A program made the translations under genes and the position numbers. Below the pieces are notes generated by a model, which worked only from the letters and a program-made list of their open reading frames with translations, made no database searches and was not told the origin of the DNA. From a virus (Duplodnaviria > Caudoviricetes), in the IMG/VR virus record IMGVR_UViG_3300010412_000017, positions 1 through 56,181 of that record: a stretch of 56,181 bases of DNA; one strand, 5' to 3'. Of the stretch, positions 8,201-15,541 are shown piece after piece. How positions within the stretch are numbered: position 1 is the stretch's first letter; every line of letters begins with the position of its first letter.

Positions 8201-9834
8201 GCGGCCTGCTCGGCGGCCAGCGCCGCCTGGGCCTCGGCCTGCTTGATCTTGATGGCGTCGAGGACGTCCTTTTGCGCCTCGTCGGGCAGCGCCTCAAACG
8301 CCGCCTGGGCCTGGGCGCTCGGCTTCTTGCCCTTGGTCACCGCCTGCTTGTAGTGGGCCAGGTCAACCGACAGCTTTTTCTTGGCCGCCTTGGTGTCGAT
8401 CAGCTCCAGGAGCCCGACCGGGTCGGCCTTGCGCTGGCTGTCGATCCAGGCGCCGCCTTTCTGCTTGGTCAGGTCCTTGAGCGCGCCGTAGTGGTAGGCG
8501 CTGGGGGCCGTATCCTTGCCGGCGTAGGCCTTCAGCTGCTCCTGGGCGGCGCTTTTCTGCTGCAGCTTGGCCTTCTCCTTGGCTGCCGCGATGCGGGCGT
8601 CCAGGGCCTCCTGGGCGGTGATGGCGTCGGCCTGGGCCTTGGCTTGTTTCACATGAAACGTCGAGGAGGCGGCCAGGGCCTGCTGCTGGGCGGCCAGCGC
8701 CGCGGCCGGCAGGGCGGTGGCCGGTATGATGTCCTTGAGGCGTTCGGTCAGCTCCTCGACGGTCAGCGGGTTGCCGGTCTGGTCGATCAGGCCCTTAAAG
8801 TCGAGCTTGCCCTGCTTCCAGAGCGCGTACTTCGCCGGCGTCAGGGCGCCGCTGGTCAGGGCGTAGCCGGGCTCGGCCAGCTCCTTGGCGGCCAGCCAGT
8901 CCTCGTAGCGCACGCCCTTGGGAACCTGGCCGTCCAGGGCGCTGCGGGTGGCGGCGCCCGCGGCGTCGAGCTTCTTGGCGAGGCGTTTGCCCTTCTTGGT
9001 CGGGTTTTTCGCCAACTCCTCGAAGCTGTAGGTCACCGGCACCTGGGTGCTGCGGCAGTTCCAGTGCGCCGTCGGGCCGGGAAAGGTCACGCTATGGCCG
9101 ATGGGGGCGTAGGTCGTCGGGTCCCACATCAGGCCGTCGAGGCCCTTGCAGGTGTCGGTGGTCCGGCTGTCCAGGGTGCTCACCCACTTGATCGCCTTGA
9201 TCAGGTGGGCGTTCTCGGCGTAGGTGCGCAGCCGGGTCAGGTTGGCGACGCTGTTGACGCTCGTGCGCGCCAGGGCCTCGGCCTGGTAGCGCTTCACGTC
9301 CATGATCTTGCGCACGCGGTTCGCCAGCTGGCCCACGTTCTCGCCGGCCAGGGTCCCGAGGCGCATCTCGGTCCTGAACTTCTCGGCGGTGTCGGCCGCC
9401 TGCTTGGCCCACCACTCGCGGCTGGGGGCGCCCTGAATGAAGCCGTCGGCGACGATCTCCTGCAGCTGCTGGCGGTTCAGCGTCGGCAGCCCGAGGTTGG
9501 TCCCGATGGCGATGTTCATGCTGCCCGCGGCCAGGCCGGCCTCCATGGCTGCCAGCTTGGTCAGGGTCTTGTTGGTCACCTTGCGGGCGGTGCCGAAGCT
9601 CGACCCGATGATCCCCTGGGTTTGCTTGAGCAGGGCCTTGAGGCGCTGTTGCTGGTAGGCCGTAAGTTTCGGAGCTGTCGGATCGACGGCGTTGAGGCGT
9701 TTTATAAGGTCGCCCTCTAATTCCTTGAGGACCTTCAAAACGTCGGCGCGAACGGTGCCCTCCAGCTTGATGAGGTCGACCTGATGACCGATCAGCTGGT
9801 CCTGCAGGACAGCGTTCGCGCTCTGGGTTGCCAT
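5203..9834 (-). CDS. MuF (SPP1 gp7-like) minor head protein fused to kinase-like and ADP-ribosyltransferase-like domains
   Basis: MuF motif WVSTLDSRTT..C..LDG...PTAHWNCRS; Ala/Lys linker; kinase-like WLVK..NEVL..DAWLADWD..DN..IDVG; C-terminal LYHH..IL..GG..FFTR..NE. The MuF call is strong; the enzymatic domains are less certain. Confidence 0.85.
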   Translation of the reverse strand: MATQSANAVLQDQLIGHQVDLIKLEGTVRADVLKVLKELEGDLIKRLNAVDPTAPKLTAYQQQRLKALLKQTQGIIGSSFGTARKVTNKTLTKLAAMEAGLAAGSMNIAIGTNLGLPTLNRQQLQEIVADGFIQGAPSREWWAKQAADTAEKFRTEMRLGTLAGENVGQLANRVRKIMDVKRYQAEALARTSVNSVANLTRLRTYAENAHLIKAIKWVSTLDSRTTDTCKGLDGLMWDPTTYAPIGHSVTFPGPTAHWNCRSTQVPVTYSFEELAKNPTKKGKRLAKKLDAAGAATRSALDGQVPKGVRYEDWLAAKELAEPGYALTSGALTPAKYALWKQGKLDFKGLIDQTGNPLTVEELTERLKDIIPATALPAAALAAQQQALAASSTFHVKQAKAQADAITAQEALDARIAAAKEKAKLQQKSAAQEQLKAYAGKDTAPSAYHYGALKDLTKQKGGAWIDSQRKADPVGLLELIDTKAAKKKLSVDLAHYKQAVTKGKKPSAQAQAAFEALPDEAQKDVLDAIKIKQAEAQAALAAEQAAAAKQAELAAANAKAAEEIADTLANPTGKTKLAKALQDLETDPVLKTLSPYRKLAKAKELASAAQAQAEKSAVLSGYKKKLVSGEAPTPKQSEVFNFLTPSEKAALTDQIEALNDNVDGYINAVAYGAKPTKAQEKAYKFLSPKGKKSADSAIKDLKDVVTQVAEEGAAAAAAEVAEVKAEVKAAKAAAAAQADVDAVLDMKGWTYSQPKPGGSVPGAVFKDEAGQEWLVKYTASEDVALNEVLTAKLYRLAGIEAPDMRIIKLGAAAGDRAGKIGVASRWIEGLKKAGGAEKMAKLEGTYEGFAADAWLADWDVVGLSYDNIAKTAAGRALRIDVGGGLRYRAQGTAKGANFTTTVDELQSLRNGSTNKQAAAVFKDIPEAKIEAGVSQIVRITDSEIDDLVEKYGPRARPEREKLATILKARRDDLKKRYPHLVREAKAPPPPDLGKRVSNEEYKRVTNARATGYSIRSDYDAIEDQQILIHHETTGSAKYTVATMKLRGDALSKFEASVSANKTTAIGLDHEALDNKLVTAIKGIAYRANRSEALELKDVERVQAALEAWKKAHADMTALIRKGAYTTAQRADLERHYKPWLDALETAAARGSGKTAVWTPPTSGNFAGIKLPAPKVVGQTGPTWTPVAAEFDAGDFSRGHVTKKAGGYRGSTGLKAYETTLPDGTTIRVWDSNTAAAMRGRVEIRVKGQDVGAANRAVEALDEATGIDTALPTAAMEEELYLTQLAYARKTNWRDFEKKIAKGKTPEERVEIGRSWISRELGYDIEESGFYDPAGSRGAFETGRVHRFRADLLGDPGWARFERDYRLYHHLYDSSGINGYIESIDKILSSGGRMAPTTDKLRLGIIPKGMSPESDLGTGGADFFFTRIKTVDNAESHVGLTWKAREAARVDAISYDGDKFGRTDTTAYILRNRKSSIEEMRQAARNGSNETILKGGSSLFDNFDAFIVPKGGKARFIRFLREKHGYTQWPDGRSLDEVVREAKYS

Positions 9835-9837
9835 GGT

Positions 9838-10029
9838 TTACTTCTTGAGCGCGCTCTCGCCCTTGCCCTTGATGCGCTCGCGGGCGGTCATGTGCTCGGC
9901 CTCCATGTGGCTCACGGTCTCGAACAGCGAGCCGAATTCCAGGCCGCACTGGCGGCAGCGGCAGCTCCCGGTCAGCAGGCTCTTGTGGGCGGCGATCAGC
10001 TCGGCGGGGGCGTGTATCGGTCTTTGCAT
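9838..10029 (-). CDS. Small C2H2 zinc-finger protein
   Basis: CRQCGLEFGSLFETVSHMEAEH = C-x2-C-x3-F-x8-H-x4-H. Confidence 0.7.
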   Translation of the reverse strand: MQRPIHAPAELIAAHKSLLTGSCRCRQCGLEFGSLFETVSHMEAEHMTARERIKGKGESALKK

Positions 10030-10226
10030 TACGGTTCTCCTGGGGCCTCGACGCGGGCCCGGCCGCCGAGGTGGGTGTCGTGAAGGTGGGCCAGGACCTC
10101 GCGGATGCTGTCAAACGTCGCGCCGCATCGGTGGCAGGTCAGGGCTGCCGGGTGCGGGGCGGGTTGGTTCGACGGCGCGGGCGCGGCGGGGTGCGGCCGG
10201 TTCCGGCTGGCGTGCTTGTCAGCCAC
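10029..10226 (-). CDS. Small C2H2 zinc-finger protein
   Basis: CHRCGATFDSIREVLAHLHDTH = C-x2-C-x3-F-x5-V-x2-H-x4-H; stop overlaps the next start (TAATG). Confidence 0.7.
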   Translation of the reverse strand: MADKHASRNRPHPAAPAPSNQPAPHPAALTCHRCGATFDSIREVLAHLHDTHLGGRARVEAPGEP

Positions 10227-10851
10227 GGTCTAGCTCCTTTGCCAATAAGGCGGTGATGACGACCAGCTCGTCGTCGGTTCCCTGTTGCGTCACTTCGATA
10301 CGGCTCTCACCGCTCAACCACAGGCTGCCTCGCAGGCTTATGCCCTGGGTGCTTGGCGTTGGGTCCAGCACTCGGGCGTCGCTCTTAGCGTCGATCTCCA
10401 GGGCGGTGGTGACGCTCTGGGTCAGGCGGTGACGTTCGGCGTCACCTGCTGGCGCTGCCGGCGGCGGAGAGGATGCCGCCTTTCGGGTCGCCACAGCCTG
10501 GGGTTTCGGCGGTGAGGCCGTAACCGGGGCCGGCCGGGTTCTGGCCGGTTCGATCATCCGGGCCGTGGTGCGCCCGGTCAGCTCCAGCTCGATCTGGCTG
10601 TCGGCGACCAGGGTCTGGCCGTCCTCCAGCGCCGCGGTGGTGAAACCGTCGAGCGTGAGGTAGAAGATGCTGTCCTGGGCCCGGTACCACTCGGGCTCGA
10701 TCAGGCGCAGGCCGCCGCCGGCCCGGCGCACGGGCTCCGGGATCACCGCGGCGGCGTTCTGCAGGTAGCCGCGGGTGGCCCTGGTCAGGCTGTCATTGGC
10801 GTCGCCAAGGTGCCCGCGGGTGGCCCTCGGGAGGGTCGCCAGCAGGCCCAT
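10219..10851 (-). CDS. Hypothetical protein
   Basis: 210 aa; duplicated RATRG(H/Y)L at the N-terminus, Pro/Ala linker, DDELVVITALL at the C-terminus. Confidence 0.65.
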   Translation of the reverse strand: MGLLATLPRATRGHLGDANDSLTRATRGYLQNAAAVIPEPVRRAGGGLRLIEPEWYRAQDSIFYLTLDGFTTAALEDGQTLVADSQIELELTGRTTARMIEPARTRPAPVTASPPKPQAVATRKAASSPPPAAPAGDAERHRLTQSVTTALEIDAKSDARVLDPTPSTQGISLRGSLWLSGESRIEVTQQGTDDELVVITALLAKELDRG

Positions 10852-10855
10852 GGCG

Positions 10856-11026
10856 TCAGCTCGCCTTCATGTAGCCCGCGGCCGTGGCGATCAGCGCCGT
10901 GACGGCGCTCTCCAGGCCTACGGGGGCGGTTGCCATCAGGTCCGGCAGGTAGTAGCCGGCGATCCACATCAGGACCGTGCTCGCGGCGCCGGCGGCGCCG
11001 ACCGCTATCACTTTTTTCTCAGGCAT
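10856..11026 (-). CDS. Small two-TM membrane protein, holin-like (56 aa)
   Basis: Below the ORF-track cutoff; MPEKKVIAVGAAGAASTVLMWIAGYYLPDLMATAPVGLESAVTALIATAAGYMKAS fills the gap between neighbours. Confidence 0.65.
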   Translation of the reverse strand: MPEKKVIAVGAAGAASTVLMWIAGYYLPDLMATAPVGLESAVTALIATAAGYMKAS

Positions 11027-11267
11027 CGTGCGGGGTTCCCTCGTTGGGCGGGGCCTCGTCGCCCGGTACCTCGGCGTCCTCGATGGCCCCGATCAGGTCG
11101 TCAAGCGCCACGCGGGCCCGGCGGCCCAGGTCCTTGACGTCGGCGATGGTGACCTCGCGGCCCTCCTGTCGGGCCTTGTCGATCAGCAGGCCGTATTCCT
11201 GCCAGGCGATGCCCAGCCGGGTGATGCCGTTCAAAACGGCGACGATCTCGACGGCTGTTACGCTCAT
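11019..11267 (-). CDS. Hypothetical protein (partner of the adjacent lipoprotein)
   Basis: 82 aa helical protein with ATGA overlap on the lipoprotein gene. Confidence 0.6.
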   Translation of the reverse strand: MSVTAVEIVAVLNGITRLGIAWQEYGLLIDKARQEGREVTIADVKDLGRRARVALDDLIGAIEDAEVPGDEAPPNEGTPHDA

Positions 11268-11617
11268 TGCAGCAGTACCTCCACCTGGGTCAGGATCTGG
11301 CTCGTGGTCTGCAGGTAGGTCTGGCTGTCAGCGATCTGCCCTGCTTCCAGGGCCGCCTCGGCCATCTTGTTCACCTGGTAGGCCTGTTCGAGCACCTCGG
11401 AAATGTTGCGCGCCTTCTTGGCGTCGATGGTGCCCACGCGCAGGCTGTTGGCCGTGCTTTGCGCCAGGCTCTCGATGCTGGCGTAGTTGAGCGCCAGGCT
11501 CTCCTCGGGGCTGGCGGGCGCGTGAAAGGTTGCGCAGCCGGCCGTCATGATGACGATCATCAGGACGAGGGCCAGCGCCAGGATGGCGCGGGTTCGGGCT
11601 TGTTCGGATACGGTCAC
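11264..11617 (-). CDS. Lipoprotein, possibly spanin-like
   Basis: Basic N-terminus, hydrophobic stretch and lipobox TAG|C, followed by a helical domain. Confidence 0.65.
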   Translation of the reverse strand: MTVSEQARTRAILALALVLMIVIMTAGCATFHAPASPEESLALNYASIESLAQSTANSLRVGTIDAKKARNISEVLEQAYQVNKMAEAALEAGQIADSQTYLQTTSQILTQVEVLLQ

Positions 11618-11629
11618 TTGGCTTGCCTC

Positions 11630-12439
11630 CTACGGCTGTCGGGTTACGGTGCTGATGTTCTCGCCGTCGCCGGTGATGGCTTGGTCGATGGCGCCAGCGC
11701 TCTGGGTGGTCTTGGTCACGACCAGCGGGTTGCTGGCATCCAGGCCGAGGATCGTCCAGACCTCGTCCAGGCGTGTCGGGTCCAGGGCCGCGAGGACGTC
11801 GCTCTGCAGCAGGGTCGCGCTCGAGCTGGCGGTTCTCACGATCTGGGTGAAGGCGGTAGGGAAGACCGGGGCCAGCTCCTGGGCCGCCTGGTCCTGGGCC
11901 ACCAGGTTGCCGCCGCTGATCTCGCACTGGACCACGTTCCAGATCTTGTAGGCGTCGCTCGCCGTGAACTGGTTGGTGGTGCCGGCGCGCAGCACGCGGC
12001 AGGCGAGCTGGGTCTGGCTCAGGACCTTGAGCACCTCGGTGATGCTCTGGTCGCTGAAGTTGATCACCACCGCCCCGCGGGTGACGCCGTCGGTGATGAA
12101 GGTGGCGCCGCTGTCCTCCAGGGTGCGCCCGTTGCTGTCTGGGGTGGTCACGCTGCCGCTGCTCGTCGGTGTCAGGCGGCTCTCAAACGCTACCTGGCCG
12201 TTCTGCAGGGTGCTGGTGATCCCTACCGTCACGCCACCGCCGAGGTTTTCCTTGCCGGCGCTGTCGATCAGGTAGGGCTCGTCCAGGTTGTCGAGGTCCG
12301 ACTCGGCAAAGCCCACGCCGGTGTCGGCGCGCAGCGTGTCGTGCAGGTCCTGGATCTCCAGGGCCTGGCTGGGCGCGGCCACCTCGATGATCCGAGGTGA
12401 CTCCGCCCAGTCGACGCTGATGTCGTTCCTTTCCGCCAT
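11630..12439 (-). CDS. Putative virion structural protein
   Basis: 269 aa Thr/Ser-rich beta protein tightly packed with the two upstream large genes. Confidence 0.55.
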   Translation of the reverse strand: MAERNDISVDWAESPRIIEVAAPSQALEIQDLHDTLRADTGVGFAESDLDNLDEPYLIDSAGKENLGGGVTVGITSTLQNGQVAFESRLTPTSSGSVTTPDSNGRTLEDSGATFITDGVTRGAVVINFSDQSITEVLKVLSQTQLACRVLRAGTTNQFTASDAYKIWNVVQCEISGGNLVAQDQAAQELAPVFPTAFTQIVRTASSSATLLQSDVLAALDPTRLDEVWTILGLDASNPLVVTKTTQSAGAIDQAITGDGENISTVTRQP

Positions 12440-12442
12440 CGG

Positions 12443-15400
12443 TTAGGGCAGGTCGACGATGCCGTCGCTGTTCTGCACCACACCGCCCGTGCCGCCGGTG
12501 CTCGTGAACTCCGTAGTGGAGCGGAAGGGCTTGTAGCCCTTCTTGCGTGCCACAAAGAAGATCGGGATCGAGGCGACGTACTGCATCGTGTTGCTCACGC
12601 TGGTTCCGCCCGCGGTGGTGCGGATGAACGCCACATGCACGTTGTCGCTCACGGTCAGGTCAACCGCGCCCGTCACGTCGCCGATGGTGCCCGAGGCCAG
12701 GGTGAAAATGTTGGTGGTCCGGTCCACGGCGCTGTAGGGGAACTGCAGGTAGTTGCCCGTGTCGTTGGGGTCCAGGATGTACAACACGCCCGTGTCCGGC
12801 ACGTCCGCCGGGGTGGGGCTCACGCTGCGAGTATTGGCGGCGATCAGGATGGTGCTGTCGCCGGCCTGGTTGTTGCCGGCGCCCACCGTGCCCACGGCGA
12901 ACTCGTTGCGCAGGATCGCGCCGTTGCCCAGCCCGGTGTCGCGGAAGGCCGCCACGCGCCAGCCTGCCGAAACACCGGAAATGACCAGGCTCTGCAGGTT
13001 CGGCGGGTTGCGGGTGACGCCCGCGTCGTCGATGACGCTGAACGAGCGGATGTCGGCCGCGGCGATGTAGTCGGTGTCCAGGAACCAGCCCTGCGCGAAG
13101 GCCAGCGAGCCGGTGTAGGTTCCGACCGGGGCGCCAGGCTTCACTTCGGAGTAGGCGTCCTTGAGCTTGCGGAAGAACCGGCCCACCGTGCCAGCGTCGG
13201 TCGTGCCTGGGCCCTGGAAGGAGAAGGTCTCCTCCTCGTGGCGTGCCAGGTACTTGCTGTACTGAAACACGTTCTGGATCGTATCGGCCGTGCCGCCGGT
13301 CTTGTTGCCCGAGACGCTGCCGGCATAAGGCTGGGCGCCCTCGCCGTTGTTCAGGTCCGCGGAGAACGAGGAGGCCGAGGGGTAGGTCGCGCCGGTGCCG
13401 GCATCCCAGGTCGCGCTGGAGGCGCCGCCCGTGATGTCGTTGTCGCCCGAGAAGGTGCCGCTCACGACCTCCAGGTAGAGCACGTTGGTCGTGGTGTTGG
13501 CGTAGACGAGCTTTCCGGTGGCGCCGGTGACCGCCTGGGTGACGGTCTCGCCGGGGATGAAGGTGCCCGTGATGCCGGTACCGCCCGAGGGCGTTGCGGC
13601 CAGGTCAACCACCTGCAGGCTGATGTCGTCGCCGTAGCCGGCCACCACGTCGGTGGGGGCGCCGCTCACGGTCGCGGTCTTGCCGCTCAGCTCGAAGGTG
13701 ATGCTGTCGGTGTCCACAAAGTTGCTGCCGCTCTTGAGGACGTACTCGACCGTGCCGGTGGCGCCCGTGCCGCTGGTGTCGCTCACCACAATGCCGACCT
13801 TGCGGCTGTTGCCGCTGCCGGCGGTGAACAGCTCGCCCACAATGGGGGCCGCCGCAGAGCCGCCGGTGATGGCCAGGCTATGGGTGCCGTTCGGGTTGTT
13901 GGTGACCTCGCTCTGGGTACCCAGCGCGACGGTGTTCACGCCGCCGCCCGGTGCCACGAACTGGGTAGCGTCGTAGGTGCTCACATGGTACTCGCGGTTG
14001 AGCACCGTGTAGGCGCCTGGCACCTGGGGGTCGCCGCCAGGGATCAGCTGGCCGAGGCCTGGGGTCGCCGGTGCGATGTAGCGCGGGTCGTTGCGGGTCT
14101 TGACCTTCACCAGGACGTCGATGTTGCCCTCTAGCCAATGGCAGGGCACCTTGCGCTGGTCCTGCTCGATGTAGAGCTGGGGCATGCGGTAGGGCTGCGC
14201 GCTGCTGTAGAAGAACGCCGTGTCGGTGATCTTGTTCTGCGCGCCCACGGTCTGGGGGTTGGCCCAGATGTTGGCGCCGGTGGTGTCGGTCAGGCCGCCC
14301 TGTCGCAGGAAGCGGGTAGACAGCTCTGGCATGAACCAGCCGAAGACGAGCTGATACGCGCCGCCCTTGACCGAGGCGTCCATCGCCTCGTCGTCGTCGA
14401 GCTGTAGCAGCTCGTCGAAGGTGTCCTGGCTCAGCGTGTAGAGGCTGTTCAGCTTGCGGACGATGTTCAGGCCGTCGGCCGCGGCGTAGATGCCGCCCTG
14501 GCCGCTGGCGCCGGTCACGCTGCTGGTCGGGACCTGCTCGGTGCGCAGGCCGTCCGGGATGTTGATCACCGCGACCGTGAGCACGTCGTTGGTGCCGTTG
14601 GCCTCGGCGATCTTGACGCCGCCGACGTTCAGGTCCTCGGTCGTGGTCCAGGTGCCGCTCTCGTCGGCCAGGATCAGCTGGGTGCCGGTGTCGGCCAGCA
14701 CGCGGCCGGTGGCCCCGCTGGTTCCGCCTACCACCACGTCGCCGGCCGAGAACACCTTACCGGCCACCTGGTTGGTGTAGCCGATCACCTGGTCGACCTG
14801 CAGGTTGTTGTTGTTGGTGAAGACGCCGCCGGTGCTGTCGTAGTCGACCAGGCGCAGGCTGCCGGTGGCGGTCACGCCGTAGACTTGCTCGACCAGGGCC
14901 TTGGCGCCGGTGCTGGCGTCGAGGACGATGGCCTGGTCCGGGATGGCGACCGTGCCGCCATCGTAGTGCAGGATGACGCTGTCGTTGGTGTTCGCCGTGC
15001 CTGGGACCGCGAGCGTGCCGGTCGTGGAGGCCGTCAGGGCCGCGTCGTTGTCGGTGTTGCCGTACTCGGTCGCCACGTCGGCCACGTCGGCCTGGCCGCC
15101 GCTGATGTCGATCTGGCTGTTGTCGGTGAACGCGGCGAAGTTGTTACCGTAGGCGATGCCCGCGCCGCTGCCGTCCTCGTTGTACTCGATGGCGAGCACG
15201 TCCATGCTGCCGGTCACCTGGTCGACGATGGTGTCGCCGACGGCGAAGCCGCCGTTACCCGAAGTGATGGCGTCGAAGCCGACCACGCTGGCGATGTCGA
15301 TCTGCTCGCCGCTCTGGAACAGGCCGACCGTGTTGGTCAGGGTCAGGGTGCCGCTCGAAACGGTGCCGGTGCGGGCGATAACCTTCGCCACGGCTCCGCT

Positions 15401-15529
15401 GGTCACGCCGTAGATATAGTCGCCGACGGCCGGCTGGGTGCCGCTGCCGGTTCCGTAGCTCAGGACGCCGTCGATGTGCTGCAGCACCTTCCCGGCGTAG
15501 TCAAAGTCCCAGTCGTCTGCGATGGGCAT
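12443..15529 (-). CDS. Large Gly/Thr-rich putative virion structural/appendage protein
   Basis: 1028 aa; repeated FxxG(D/E)x(V/I)xxxT(S)GATG units; ends IVDLP. Confidence 0.65.
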   Translation of the reverse strand: MPIADDWDFDYAGKVLQHIDGVLSYGTGSGTQPAVGDYIYGVTSGAVAKVIARTGTVSSGTLTLTNTVGLFQSGEQIDIASVVGFDAITSGNGGFAVGDTIVDQVTGSMDVLAIEYNEDGSGAGIAYGNNFAAFTDNSQIDISGGQADVADVATEYGNTDNDAALTASTTGTLAVPGTANTNDSVILHYDGGTVAIPDQAIVLDASTGAKALVEQVYGVTATGSLRLVDYDSTGGVFTNNNNLQVDQVIGYTNQVAGKVFSAGDVVVGGTSGATGRVLADTGTQLILADESGTWTTTEDLNVGGVKIAEANGTNDVLTVAVINIPDGLRTEQVPTSSVTGASGQGGIYAAADGLNIVRKLNSLYTLSQDTFDELLQLDDDEAMDASVKGGAYQLVFGWFMPELSTRFLRQGGLTDTTGANIWANPQTVGAQNKITDTAFFYSSAQPYRMPQLYIEQDQRKVPCHWLEGNIDVLVKVKTRNDPRYIAPATPGLGQLIPGGDPQVPGAYTVLNREYHVSTYDATQFVAPGGGVNTVALGTQSEVTNNPNGTHSLAITGGSAAAPIVGELFTAGSGNSRKVGIVVSDTSGTGATGTVEYVLKSGSNFVDTDSITFELSGKTATVSGAPTDVVAGYGDDISLQVVDLAATPSGGTGITGTFIPGETVTQAVTGATGKLVYANTTTNVLYLEVVSGTFSGDNDITGGASSATWDAGTGATYPSASSFSADLNNGEGAQPYAGSVSGNKTGGTADTIQNVFQYSKYLARHEEETFSFQGPGTTDAGTVGRFFRKLKDAYSEVKPGAPVGTYTGSLAFAQGWFLDTDYIAAADIRSFSVIDDAGVTRNPPNLQSLVISGVSAGWRVAAFRDTGLGNGAILRNEFAVGTVGAGNNQAGDSTILIAANTRSVSPTPADVPDTGVLYILDPNDTGNYLQFPYSAVDRTTNIFTLASGTIGDVTGAVDLTVSDNVHVAFIRTTAGGTSVSNTMQYVASIPIFFVARKKGYKPFRSTTEFTSTGGTGGVVQNSDGIVDLP

Positions 15530-15541
15530 GGTTCTGTCTCC

